A stretch of DNA of 64,000 nucleotides, from the NCBI GenBank assembly GCA_034780895.1, contig JAUZTB010000033.1:30723820-30787819 (forward strand), in the 5' to 3' direction. Shown here one piece after another: positions 1 to 12,790 of this stretch. Below the pieces are notes generated by a model. That model was not told the origin of the DNA, searched no databases, and saw only the letters and a list, made by a program, of their open reading frames with translations. Made by a program: the position numbers and the translations under genes. Each line of letters begins with the position of its first letter. Positions within the stretch are counted from its first letter, which is position 1. This DNA comes from Rhynchobatus australiae. Lineage: Eukaryota.

Positions 1-1519
1 AGCTCTACTCTGAACTGCTGGCGTTTCTCAGCATGAGTGTGACCCAGTTCAGGATTCCCATGAAAACACGGATGTTCCAACTTGCTGGCCATCCTTCATT
101 GGAGATTCCCAGACTGCGATCCAACTTTGGACTCCTCATGCAATACATCAGCAGAGCACAAACTTGCTGCAATTCCCAGCAGTTTCATTCATGTTACACA
201 CTCAGATTACATACTCAGACATAAAATGGGGCATGAATCCAAGACCTTTGGATACAGACCTCAGATTGCCTGCTGAGCCTACATTAGTTTAGATCTGGCT
301 CAGGAACAGTGAATCAATTTGTTTGAATGGAGAGGAATGGTCTACAAGGAACTTAGGTAAGTATAAGGTCATTAACATTTTTGATTTTAGTTGTTTGGAA
401 ATATATTAATTTGCTTATATTATTTTAAAATTTTAATAGTTTTTCAGATTTTCTTTAGAAAAGCTTTCATTGATTTAATAGCTTGTGAATGTCAGGGACT
501 CCCAGGATCATTCAAATTTCTTGACAGCTTAAGAATTGGCTAAAACTGGAGCATGGTTTGACTGGATGTCAAAGGATTTTTTCCTTAGTTTTTTCAGGTC
601 CTATCCAGATGTTGACATTTTATTGCACATGCTTCTACCACTACACAGGGCCCTTTTGCCATTCAGGATCTTAGCATTTTGGATTGGGATAGCTTTGAGC
701 ACAAATTTAACACTGGCAAATCCAGAAAATGCAAGGCCACACTTACAACATGAGTTAGTGGCATATACAAGTGGCTTTGCTGTTAGTGGCAAATGTTCTT
801 CATTTGTTTTTCAGCCCATTCATTAATTAGATATGTCGATTTACAACTATTTTAAAACAGTCAAGTATCCCACAGTCAGGGTTATGCGATGTAGCAAAAT
901 TGGACCAGATACCTTACCTGCTTTATATTGATGCACACCCAGATTAGCCAGGTTTGTAGTTTTCTACAGTGTGACAAGTCTTTTATTGAGTCTCTTTCTT
1001 TAATGGGATTCCCTTTCAAGCTACTTTAAGATTAAAATGGTCTTATCTCTGCTAATGATTCCTGATAGTGAGAATCTTTCGGGGTGAGATAGATAGTGAA
1101 ACAGGTCCTGATGGTAGATTCATCTCTAAAAAGGGTTGTAAGGTTGAAACTCCCTTCTTTGAGATGAAATTCAATTTCACTGTGCAAAGCACCATCATCA
1201 TATTATTGCGTGTGTTATTTAAAAAAATGTAAATTCAAATTAGAGCTTGCTATGGCTGCCGCACCACTCTGAAACTAAATTTTACTATCAGGTCAGTCAC
1301 ACAAACGTTAATTTATAAGGGATACAATTTAGTGAGTGTACATTTATAAATGTGTATCTCAAACTAAAAATTCAAATCCTGACTCACCTCAAAACAAATA
1401 AACTTATAAGATATTGTTTTTGAATTAAATAGCTGAGTCCTCACACTTGATTAACTTACCAGCTATCCACAGTTGGAGTTTCTCTCTATGGTTTTGTGTG
1501 TCCAGACAATTGTTAATTG

Positions 1520-1893
1520 TGGCTCGGTGGCAGCATTCTCATCCCTGAATCCAAGAGATCATGGGTTCATGCCCTACTGTGAGTTCTGAATAAGTAATCG
1601 TGGATGATGTTCCAGAGAACTACGAGGTAGTTTTTCTCCAACATAGTTACCTATTTTCTAAGGAAACATTAAACTAAGGCCCAAACTTCCTGACAAGATA
1701 GAGATTGTATAATACTAGTTAAAAACAGCCACAGAGATCTCCCATTGTCTTTTGGATCAAAAACATAAATGGACTATTATCTGGGCTATCTTGTTGTGCT
1801 TTAATTGGCTACCATGTTTTCCTACCCAACAACAATCTGTAACTTATTATGAAATGCTTTAAAACATTCTGAGAATGTGAATGGTTTTATATG
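1520..1893 (+). mobile_element. Degenerate DeuSINE (SacSINE1-like) tRNA-derived SINE
   Basis: tRNA-like head (ggctcggtggcagc...atgggttcatgcccta), central gaaacattaaactaaggccc and taattggctaccatgttttcctac, tail gaaatgcttt...ctgagaatgtgaatggttttatat, in the order expected for shark DeuSINEs (recognised from memory of the consensus). Confidence 0.6.
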
Positions 1894-2324
1894 AAAAAAA
1901 CCTGAAATTCCAGTACCTTTTTTTCAAACTTGGCACTAGTCATATCACATCACACATTCCCAACGTAGTTAAGTGTATTACCTGCCTAACAACATCTGCC
2001 TTTCATCCTTGTCTATTGACTGGTTAATCACCAGGACTGATGTGAACTGCCATTTATTTTCACTTATTGTGAATACAATTATAAAATCTTGATCTTATTG
2101 ATGTTGAGAGCTAAAACAAGAGAAGTTGGAACAGGGGTGCCAAGAAGCTGGCTCCAACCTGTCAATGCCTGCATTTAACCACAAATTACTTAGTAGTTTG
2201 AAAGCGAATGTGACCAAAGTCATTGGCTGTTAATTTGTATTTTCCAACGAGCCTCCCAATGGTATCAATGTCCCTTCCCAAATTCCTGAAAAAGATGTAG
2301 TGGGTATTCAGGAGTATTATCAAG

Positions 2325-2592
2325 ATCGGCACTATTGAGACAACTAGTAGCTGTTTATGTCAAGCTGGATGGTTCTCCTAGTGTCATCCTGGTCAATATT
2401 CCTCAATCAATTAACATCATGAAGAATAGACTAACCATTCATCTCACTGCCAGTTGTGGGATCAGATGATGAATAAGTAGTTGCTGGATTCACCTATGAA
2501 ACTGCATCAACACAATGTTATCCATTATGTGTGAAGTGCTTTTTGATGATTCTGAGAGACAATAAGGCACTATATTAATGCATGGCATTCTT
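2325..2592 (+). mobile_element. DeuSINE fragment (Deu domain plus 3' tail)
   Basis: ggcactattg...gttctccta gtgtcatcctggtcaatattcctcaatcaa...cattcatctcactgccagttgtgggatc...gtgaagtgcttt...ctgagagacaataaggcactatattaatgca; tail parallels the copy at 1520-1893. Confidence 0.6.
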
Positions 2593-3220
2593 TATGTCTG
2601 AACCTTCTCACAGCTCTGCAGAATTATAATACACACTAACAGTTCAGGACATAGTGCAGCTAATTGAATGTTTCAAAAAAATTGAATAAAATGTTTAAAT
2701 AAAATAAGATATCCCATTTCAACAGGAATTGGCTGGAGTAATAATTTTGCNNNNNNNNNNNNNNNNNNNNNNNNNNNNNNNNNNNNNNNNNNNNNNNNNN
2801 NNNNNNNNNNNNNNNNNNNNNNNNNNNNNNNNNNNNNNNNNNNNNNNNNNNNNNNNNNNNNNNNNNNNNNNNNNNNNNNNNNNNNNNNNNNNNNNNNNNN
2901 NNNNNNNNNNNNNNNNNNNNNNNNNNNNNNNNNNNNNNNNNNNNNNNNNNNNNNNNNNNNNNNNNNNNNNNNNNNNNNNNNNNNNNNNNNNNNNNNNNNN
3001 NNNNNNNNNNNNNNNNNNNNNNNNNNNNNNNNNNNNNNNNNNNNNNNNNNNNNNNNNNNNNNNNNNNNNNNNNNNNNNNNNNNNNNNNNNNNNNNNNNNN
3101 NNNNNNNNNNNNNNNNNNNNNNNNNNNNNNNNNNNNNNNNNNNNNNNNNNNNNNNNNNNNNNNNNNNNNNNNNNNNNNNNNNNNNNNNNNNNNNNNNNNN
3201 NNNNNNNNNNNNNNNNNNNN

Positions 3221-3694
3221 CAAGATGCTGCCTGGATTAGAGGGCATGTGCTATGAGGATAGGTTGGACAAACTTGGGTTGTTCTCTCTGGAGTGGCGGA
3301 GGCTAAGTGGAGATCTGATAGATATTTATAAGATTATGAGAGGCACAGAGTAGACAGCCAGTATCTTTTCCCTGGGTTAAAAATCTAATTCCGGGGGCAT
3401 GCATTTAAGGTGATAGGGGTTAAGTTCAAGGGAGATGTGTGGGGCAATTTTTTTTATACAGAGAGTGGTGGGTACCTGGAATGCACTGCCGAGGGTGGTG
3501 GTGGAGGCAAATATAATAGGGGCGTTCAAGAAGCTCTTAGATAGGCACATGAATGTGAGGGAAATGGTAGGATATGGACATTATGGAGGCAGAGGGGATT
3601 AGTTTAGTTGGACATTTTATTATTAATGTAATTGGTTCGGTATAACATTGTGGGCCAAAAGGCCTGTTCCTGTGCTGTACTGTTCTACATTCTA
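3221..3694 (+). mobile_element. CR1-clade (HER1-like) LINE 3' fragment, 5' part hidden in the gap
   Basis: Encodes MLPGLEGMCYEDRLDKLGLFSLEWRRLSGDLIDIYKIMRG (CR1 ORF2 C-terminus); ends in gggccaaaaggcctgttcctgtgctgtactgttctacattcta. Clearly homologous to 56699-57332. Confidence 0.93.
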
Positions 3695-3872
3695 ACATTT
3701 AAGTGTTGGCTTGCAGCAGTTTTACTTATGCAGGATGTGGCATAACTATTTTCTAAATGACATTAATGTCAAATTATGATTAAAAAATAAGTCTAGCTAT
3801 GTGGACACAGGCACATCTCAAAGTCAGAAGGTACAAATAAATTCAAATGCAGATTCCTCAAATCCATTTTTT

Positions 3873-4167
3873 GATGAGATGAGATATCTTTATTAGTCAC
3901 ATGTACATTAAAACACACAGTGAAATGCATATTTTGCATAGAGTGTTCTGGGAGCAGCCCGCAAGTGTCACCACGCTTCTGGCGCCAACATAGCATGCCC
4001 ACAACTTCCTACCTAGTATGTCCTTTTTTGAAATGTGGGAGGAAACTGGAGCACCTGGAGGAAACCCATGCAGACAGGGGGAGAACATACAAATTCCTTA
4101 TAGACGGTGGCCGGAATTGAACCCGGGTCGCTGGCGCTGTAATAGCGTTACGCTAACTGCTATTACC
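3873..4167 (-). mobile_element. V-SINE (tRNA-derived) with Rex1-type 3' tail
   Basis: On minus strand: A-box-like tagcagttagc, B-box gggttcaattccg, V domain gggtttcctccaggtgctccagtttcctcccaca, tail tttcactgt...gtacatgtgactaataaa followed by (atctc)n. Confidence 0.88.
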
Positions 4168-4479
4168 CACAATCAGTAAATGGCTTCCGAATATAAAATT
4201 CAGTGAGTAAGAGAAGCTGGCGGTTGATACATGAAACTTGGGACTTCTTCAAATTACTTACTGTGTCACAAGTGTGACATCAAGCCACAAGTGCAAAAAA
4301 GTCCTGGATCAATCTCCATTAACTTCTCATACAGGAAAATCGGGGCATAGGTAGGAGAAGAGACAAAATCCCCAAGGAGATTTCAAACCTGTCACCCATA
4401 GTCTACTTATTTGAATAAAGTCAATAAAGGACATAAGGGTCTGCCAAAAGTCAGAGAAATTATCCTACAATATTATGAT

Positions 4480-5019
4480 AATGTAAGAATGATATTGAGA
4501 GTTATTTCACTCCAACATTGCTGACAAGGTGGCGGAATCAGTGTGTATCATCAATTAACGTTATCTGGAAAAAAATCAATTTCAAACAATGCAAAGTCAA
4601 GTCTAATATTTTAGGGAGAAGTAAGGTTGGAAAAAGTGAATGAGATGAAGCAAATCATAAAATACTAATTAGGTACTAGCCAGCTTTGATATAAAAGACC
4701 CAATGAATGGAAAGGCTAAGGAGCCACTCAACTCAATTGTGCTGAGAAAGTATCAATTTGAGTAGATATCTGGAAATTTTGCTTTTAGTACTGTGGGATA
4801 TATAGGTGTTATAACGCTACAGAAGCATTAGGTAGAACAACATTTTCAATCTTTAAGGAGAACAAAAGTGTGAAGAAATACTACAGAAGTTTTGAATAAT
4901 TAATGGAAAAATTAGGGAGTCTATGATGGAGAGAATAAAACAGAGAAAGGCTGTTGGCCAGAGATGAAAAAAAAAATTCTACCAAACATCCAAAGCTCTT
5001 CTTGTATCTGATCCAAAAT
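4480..5019 (+). mobile_element. Highly decayed CR1-like ORF2 fragment (endonuclease-RT linker)
   Basis: A-rich; LARDEKKNSTKHPKLFLYLIQ resembles the CR1 LA..IK.NPK.F..Y linker motif; many stops, boundaries uncertain. Confidence 0.4.
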
Positions 5020-5859
5020 NNNNNNNNNNNNNNNNNNNNNNNNNNNNNNNNNNNNNNNNNNNNNNNNNNNNNNNNNNNNNNNNNNNNNNNNNNNNNNNNN
5101 NNNNNNNNNNNNNNNNNNNAAAAAAATGTATTGAAAAACCTACAAATTTCAACTGACTTGGGATTTGTGGGCGAAACTATTCAGTGCATAAAAAAATTTT
5201 ACATGACAGGTGAAATCAGGTTTCTCAGAGGTAAGTTTTGTAATATAGCCAAAGTGGGAATCACATTTAAAATCAGAAGAACTGGTGAATTTTTGATTAC
5301 TATAGATGAATAAAGACTAAGAGTGGGATTATTCCAGGTAGCAATTAGTGGACAGATTTGTGAGATACATGAAGAAACTTTAGCTTGAAGTAAACAAAGT
5401 CTTCATTGAACCACCAACAGACAATGATTGCAGTGCAAAATGACTGATGGTATATGTCTGAAGAAACTAAAGAATGTAGAATAAAATCATCATACAAGGT
5501 TAATATCACCTAATTTAGTGGAAGCAAAGAATTTTCTAAGACCCATGGTCATTTGATCTATATCTCAAACAAAATGGAATTGGTTTACTGCGTGTGATTT
5601 CCTTCTACCATTGATACAAAGAAACAATGGAAAACTCACAAAGTTTACAGAAGACAGATAATGGACTAAAATGTATAGTTGCTGAGAGGTCCGAGAGCTC
5701 ACCATCATAAAGCTGATTATAAAAAACCCAGACAGCAGTAATACAGAAGTTGCAGGCAAGATAATGTTGGCTCAGCATACTTTATACCGATTAAGGTTCC
5801 AGATATGATGTACAGATTTTTTTAAAAAATAAGCAGTAAAATGATGGACATAACTGATC

Positions 5860-6400
5860 TGAGATGTAACACTAGGTACAAAACAAAGAGAACATCAACC
5901 AATGAGACTAGTGTAGTTTCAGTTACTTTGTATGCACAGTTAGAAGGGGCAGAAGAGTGAAAGCAGCAATTGCATCAAGTAAAGGAAGCAAAGGAATTTC
6001 AAAGACTCACAGTCACTTGATCTATAGTGTCAAACAAAGTGGAAATGCTTTACAGATTGTGATTTCTTTCCAAGAAGAGGTAGTTTTGGCAAGTAGTCGG
6101 GTGCTCATGGGATCAGAGGTGGGTGTAAAGGCTGATTGATAAGTTATTCAAGGTCATTCAGGAGAACAAAGGATTTAGAATTAGTGTTAGCCTGATCAGC
6201 AGCTGAACATCACCATTGGAGCAATTATTGAGTGAAAACTGAAGTCAGCAAGAATGGTGTTTTCAGCAGTGTTGATAGATTTGATCCTGCTTGATACAGG
6301 GTTGAAAGATTTGAGAAAGTTATCAAGATCTGGAGAGTGATAGAGAAAACAGATAAAATGAATGAGGTGAGCAGCTTATTAGTGGGATTTCAGTATCTCA
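5860..6400 (-). mobile_element. Decayed L2-like ORF2 fragment
   Basis: Minus strand gives TETTLV (L2 STETALV motif) near 5905-5925 and a DP-like motif near 6110; purine-rich on plus strand; heavily mutated. Confidence 0.35.
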
Positions 6401-7989
6401 CAGANNNNNNNNNNNNNNNNNNNNNNNNNNNNNNNNNNNNNNNNNNNNNNNNNNNNNNNNNNNNNNNNNNNNNNNNNNNNNNNNNNNNNNNNNNNNNNNN
6501 NNNNNNNNNNNNNNNNNNNNNNNNNNNNNNNNNNNNNNNNNNNNNNNNNNNNNNNNNNNNNNNNNNNNNNNNNNNNNNNNNNNNNNNNNNNNNNNNNNNN
6601 NNNNNNNNNNNNNNNNNNNNNNNNNNNNNNNNNNNNNNNNNNNNNNNNNNNNNNNNNNNNNNNNNNNNNNNNNNNNNNNNNNNNNNNNNNNNNNNNNNNN
6701 NNNNNNNNNNNNNNNNNNNNNNNNNNNNNNNNNNNNNNNNNNNNNNNNNNNNNNNNNNNNNNNNNNNNNNNNNNNNNNNTGAGGCTGCACAGACATCAGT
6801 GATATATATAAAAACAGAGAGCATGAGTTGGCATCATTTGTTCAAACTTTTTCCTAACCTAGAAAGGTTATAATTACACTGCTTCTGCATTTGAATGAGA
6901 TGGTTTGCTCTTTCAAGCCAGCAGTCAAATTGTGTACTTATTTCCCTACAATATAGAACTGCAAGTAAATCATTTGGTAAATTAAACCAGAATAGAACCA
7001 AATGATCCATGACAATCAGGTTAAGGTGAGAACCATCAATCTTCACAAAAATTATTATTATCCTCCTCTATTCAAACAGTAATATTATACTCCACTTGTT
7101 CATGGTCATTGCTGCTAAATATCAAAATTCAATTGATTCTTGAAAGGCAGTCTTTGCAAATGCTGAAACTTCCATTTATCATTCACAAACTGCCTTTCCA
7201 AACTGAACAGAATGTTTAAAAATTAGAATTGAATAAGTAAAACCCACAGGCTGCAGCAGAAAGGATTTATGACCTCTTCTGTGTACGTATGCTTTATTTT
7301 ATTTCTCTGAAAGACTTTCTGGAAAGGTACAAGGTGATCTATAGGCTTTATAGAGCAAACCTTTTTCTAACCTTCATTTTGAAAGATTGCTCCACCTTTG
7401 CTCTTGGTTCCCATAGAGTAACTGAGTCACATAAACCTGAAAATTCCCACATTCCATTCAAATCCACTCTAAATTAGTTTATGCCAATACACAGGTACAT
7501 AATACATTTGTCTCAATAACCCTGACCTAAGTACTGAAAAAATTAGCTGGGACTCCTGCTCCAAATTAAGCACTGATACACTCCCACAGTCAATTATCCA
7601 CTCACTTCAAATTCACCTCAGGGAGGTACCAGGAGTTTACCAGTGTCTATGAATTTATACCAGTACAAGTCAGCACCTTCAAATAAGTCATTTGTGATAC
7701 TGATAGAGGAAAAAGGAATGTCTTTGTAGTGACTATATGTGTGTTTAACTTTATAAATGATTTGAAAATCTTCTGTCTTTGTTCTCATAAAATGTTGTAG
7801 ATTTACATCTCAGTCTGAAAATTTCAGCATTTGCTATGGCTCGTGGAAATAAAGGTGGAGATAACAAACTCAATTTACACATATGCCTGAATATTTCAAC
7901 CCAGTATTTTCTGCACCAAATTAGGAAAGAGACTTACTAGCTCTTCCATTGACCAAATGAAAGAAAACAGTAAAAACAGGAATTTCATG

Positions 7990-8380
7990 TGTGAAACAAA
8001 ATTCCCTTTATTCCTGAAGCAACATGCTACTTGAATGTGACTACAGGTCAGATAATTACCCCAACATAAATGGTTATCTTTCAATGAATGTGCATCAACT
8101 GTGGCTAGTGTTTGCCCTGGGGCTACCAGTTGCACTGTAATTATGTGCAGAATCCATGAATCCTTAACATTTCCTGTCTGTTTCCAGCTCATCCATCACA
8201 GTCTTCAAAACATTAGAACCCTGTCCCATTTTCAGTTTCTCCAGATCCTTTAAGAACACATTGAGAGTGGAAATTATGCAGTTTTGATCCAACATGATGG
8301 AAAGTGCAGCAAAGCTGAAAAAGAAACACTTTTGCACATCACCCTGTAGGTCATATTCTGATCGTTTACTTGGGCTGTAA
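7990..8380 (-). other. Candidate 3'-terminal exon of a minus-strand transcript
   Basis: Branch-like cctaat, pyrimidine tract and acceptor tttgttctttcag| at 8381; AATAAA at 8012-8007; CA dinucleotides about 15-20 nt downstream, then U/GU-rich tgtttttactgttttctttc. Confidence 0.45.
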
Positions 8381-10544
8381 CTGAAAGAACAAATTAAATT
8401 AGGGAAAAAAATGAATGGTACATTATCCAAACACTATCCAAATGGTATAAATAGCTTTCTCAGCAAAGTGTTTCTGGACCAAAAGTGTCATTCTTTCCCG
8501 ACACATTAGACGGAAAAGGGCTTGATGGCAAGGCTGGAGCAAGTTTATATGAACTGTGTAGGTGGTTGATCCTTTGCTGCCAAGAAGACCAACGTATCTT
8601 TTCAGCTCATTTGTCATGAATAACACAGCATTTTTCCAACGAAATAGACTGAGATTACCTGTACCAAAGCAAGCTCACAGATTCTAACATTTCTAGAGCT
8701 TGGGTGAGAAAATAATCTTGATCCGCCTAAGCAAATCTCTCGACAATAAGCAAAGAATTTCACTGGTTCCAGTTTCACCTTTACCCTCCACAAACATCTA
8801 GATCTGAATGCTGACAAGTGCAACACAAATATAAGAAGTATGCACTTAACAATGGCTAAAAGGTAAAAACTATTTTGCAAGATTCCATTCATGGTCTGAA
8901 GCCTCACTAGATAGTACTTGTCCCTGGAATATCTGAACCCTATCTTTGAACTGCATTCTCATGTAGTTAGACTCAGTATTCCATACTGGAAGCAGAATCT
9001 CACAGAAGTACTCCAATAAAATATATTGAGACAAGGCTGTATAAATCATTATGGGGGATCAATAGCACAGGATTGGTATTGGCCCAAGCTAAATGTTTTG
9101 ATTTGAGGAATAGATTTTAAAAGAAACATGTTAAGCAAGCATGAGGATGGATTTTAAATGTGCTACTCTGATAAGAGTACCACTGGGGATATAATAGCAG
9201 GAACCTGTAATGATTGGAGAGTTCTATGTTCCACTCCACTGTGCTCTCCACATTCATTCATTACCCCCAAAAAAGTACTCCAATTCCCTTGTTTCTTTTA
9301 ATTTAAATGTTATTGCCCTGATATTACTTTCACTTCAGATCAAAGCAATCCAAAATGCTGAAATTCAAAATTCAAAGTTTGTCTCAATGTCCTTCACCAC
9401 TGAAAGAATCTTAACTCAAAACATAGGTAATTTAGACCTTGAATGATGGTGTAAAACAGGCAATACCAAAGGAAGTGATAATTTGATGGCTGAATCCATA
9501 TTGCATATGGTAAACAGTCACAAAGCTCAAGCCACCCCAATACTCAAATAATGCAAATGCAAGAAATTGCTGATGAAAAAAGCATTCAAACCATCAAGGT
9601 CATTCTATCCACAGAAAATGCAGTTTATTAGAGGTACAACTCCAACCATTTCATCTGCTGATGAATGTTGTTGCAAAATTCATCACCATCTCAATAATGT
9701 AAAATAATATTCATTAAAAAAACCATCTACATTACATCAGGTACACTAGTTGCCTTTCTGGCTGCAGTAAATTCATAGTCAGTTTAGTGAGGAGCTGACA
9801 AAATTCACAAAACCAAATAATGTAGTTTATCTGTATTATCTTACAAACAATACTGAAAGATATAGTCTGCCCAAACTTCCAAAATATTTTATAAGAACAA
9901 ATGCTTGAGTGCTGCAAACAAAGCTGCAGCACTTACAGATATAGAAAGAGCTCCAAAGATTACATTTTCATGGCATTCTTTTGTATCAGAGGTAAAAACA
10001 TAAATGAGAACTCTCAACCTTTGGCTTTAATGGCAATTGAAAGCCTTTAGTTAAATATTTGACTCAATTGTCTTTACCATTTAACAGCTGCTCTATCTGA
10101 ATGGTTCTGTTTGCTGCCAAGCTGCTTCTTTATAGGAAACAAATGTAGGGCCCGCTCACTGTGCACTGACATAATTGAGTTTAACGCTCTCATCCAAAAA
10201 CTATGCTCTTTGAATTGTAGAGGTCAAATTACCTCTCCAATCAGGCAATCAATATGTTGAGAAAGTAGAAGAAGCTGCCAGGATCTGTTAGAAGTAAATT
10301 TGATTACCAAACACAGACTGCTCTCTTCCCAATATCATGGGATACATTACTGGTACAGCTTCACCACACACCGAAAATTCAAGCTTGCATGTGACAGCAA
10401 TAGTTTTTTACCCAAGTCAATTTTCAGCTGTCCTCCTGAAAGCATGTATTTTGCTAGCACCTCATCAAAGTAACCATTGTTCATTGTAAACCTAATCAAT
10501 TTAAACCATAAAATATGGTAGGGATACTCACAACTGAGCCTAAC

Positions 10545-10745
10545 CATTTTTCTCACCCGTGTCCCCACATTCATATTTTGCAGCAGAAGTCAATCATGAG
10601 TGGATACTGGCTGATTTTCATCTTCCCTCCTTCAACCAATAGTACTGACATTAATTATTCAATTTAACACTTACTACAGCCAAAATGACTAATTTAGCCC
10701 AGGACAGGCAAAATCCTGGGTTCTTAATCTATGTGGGTCAGTATC
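10545..10745 (-). mobile_element. Ancient SINE-like repeat copy (family shared with 15790, 40340, 59950)
   Basis: Minus strand ggttgaaggagggaagatgaaaatcagccag parallels gctgggatatgaaaattcaaccag at ~15874. Confidence 0.4.
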
Positions 10746-10914
10746 ATATCAGACAGTCACAGCGGTGGTTTAAAGAGTCAACGAATGATTCCTGGATGAG
10801 ACATAATTTACTGAGTTACACCAATTTTATATCACAACTAAGACACTGATTCATGGTTAAGATATGTGCACCTATTGAAATGTAGTGGGATCTCAAATGA
10901 CAATCCTATTATAA

Positions 10915-11085
10915 TTAAAAATAGAAAATGCTGGAAATACTCAACAGATCAAGCAGTATCTATGCAGAGAAAAACAGAGCGGATATTCCACAGAATTATC
11001 ATTCCAATGATATTACAGTTTGCCATGCTGGCATTTTCTGCTCCTATTTCAGATTTCCAGCATCTGTCATATTTTGCTTTCCCAT
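10915..11085. mobile_element. Penelope-like-derived short element, inverted arrangement, ribozyme core deleted
   Basis: aaaatagaaaatgctggaaatactcaacagatcaagcagtatctatgcagagaaaaacagag followed by inverted gcattttctgctcctatttcagatttccagcatctg. Confidence 0.7.
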
Positions 11086-12574
11086 TATAATATAATGGGG
11101 TCATTAACCTTTCCAAAGAAAATCAGGAAAACTACGAACTGAAATGAGCCAATAGTAATGCACTCTGGGCAGCAAGATCATGTGAAAGATGCAGCATAAA
11201 AGAACACCACATGTAAGAGCTGAATGATGCCTAATGGACCTTCAGTGGCATGATTTATGCAGGTTAAGCAAAAGAAGAACAGATTGCTTGGAAACTGTTT
11301 TCACATATCAGAATCTTCTCCATCCAGAAGTTGCTGTTTCTTTCAAGCTTTTGCCTCACTGAGCAGAATTTCAAACTTGAATTTGGTAAATTTGATACTG
11401 GCTGCAGGATAGCTTTTCTTCAAAACAAGAAAAATAACAACTTGCAGAATCAGACAAACAAGGCTCATGGACTAGGTTAATGCTCTAGTTTCCTGCAGCA
11501 AAATCTTGAGTGCTTTGCCATGTAATGCTGAATCCACAATGATACACAGGTTAAAGAGTGCAATTCAACAAGCTTGACTTCACAGGAAATTTTCAAGCAT
11601 CTTCCTGTGACCAGACTTTCAGAGCCAAATCTATCATTTTTCCAAATGAACAGCATGTTAATTGCAGGTCAATTCCTGGAATTCAACTAATGATTCCTGG
11701 ATGAGATGTAATCTCTGTATTATTAAACTTGAATTAAGATTAGGGGGCTCTGAAAAATAAATTATCTCCTTAGGAGAGTAATAAATTAAGCTAGTTAGTG
11801 AGAAATGGTAGTATTTGGAGAAATGCTACACCAAACTGGAAGCCAATAAGTGCATGGGAGCTGCTGGCATGAGTGAGCTGTTTTGGTTCTCATCACATGA
11901 TTTATTTTCCTCTCTATTGCTCCTCCCAAGTTATCTTCTGTTTATATCATTTGAGATTTCTTACTTAATTTCTTTTTTGGAATCAGTAGTCCACTCATCT
12001 AATCCAGAACATGTGAAATCATTGAAACTTCAAAAACAAGAACAAATGTATGTATTTTCCTTGCAGAAATATGCACAAAAGGTTGTTTGTTACCTGCAGA
12101 AGTTCCTCAAAGATTCAACAATAAATGATGGATACTTAACTATATGATAAAATTGGAAATTTTTATATTCCACAAGTACAAAAATGATTCTGGTAGTTAG
12201 ATACAGAACCAGTTTAGTCAGAATTTCTTTATAATGCTTGGCTTCAGCTCCATTTCTCCGTCTGTTAGACAGACCTCATCACTTTTTGACAACGTACTGG
12301 AGTTAAATTGCACAGAGTGCCAAACCCAAGTGACATGAGCCTGCATTCTCTGGAGCTGTCTAATTGCTCGCTCCAGGATCAGTAAATGGACTCCATGTGC
12401 AGAGCAATGATATTATTTAATGGTGAAACTAGCTCACAGGCTGAATGGCTTGCTCCTGATCTTACATCAGTCATCCTTTTGTTTTATTATTGTATTACTT
12501 CATTAACTAGACATTGAAAGTGACATTACCGAGGTTACTCCCAAATGCCTTTTGGATAATTTGATTTCATTCAT

Positions 12575-12790
12575 TACGTACTTATGATGCACATGTTCTC
12601 AGCCTACATTTTTCAAGGTTGAATTTCAATTGCAATTTGTCTCTCTGATTATGTAATCAGTCTAAATCCTTCTGCCGGACTTTTGTTACATTACCTCCTT
12701 CAATACACTCCCTAGATTTGTGCCTTCAGCAAATCTGGCAATTTGTACTGGTGTCAATATCCAAGTTGTTAAGAAACAATAGAAATCCAC
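12575..12790 (-). mobile_element. Decayed CR1 reverse transcriptase fragment
   Basis: Minus strand (with frameshifts) FLLFLNNLD / IARFAEGTNLG / QKDLD*L...KLQLKFNLEKC matches CR1 FLIYINDLD, KFADDTKLG, LQ.DLD.L..W...WQM.FN.EKC. Confidence 0.7.

Noticed and set aside
350-1465. Strong isolated donor sites (tag|gtaagt at 357 plus; cag|gtaagg at 917 and ctg|gtaagt at ~1458 minus)
   Set aside because: No convincing matching acceptor or open frame; such motifs are frequent in AT-rich DNA.
4095-4167. tRNA-like sequence with A and B boxes (also 48235-48305)
   Set aside because: These are SINE heads joined to V domains and LINE tails; no complete cloverleaf, so not called as tRNA genes.
8164-8300. Faint S100-like look of FLKDLEKLK...VLKTVMDELETDRKC
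   Set aside because: No EF-hand loop and a stop where the conserved loop should be; not enough to name a product.
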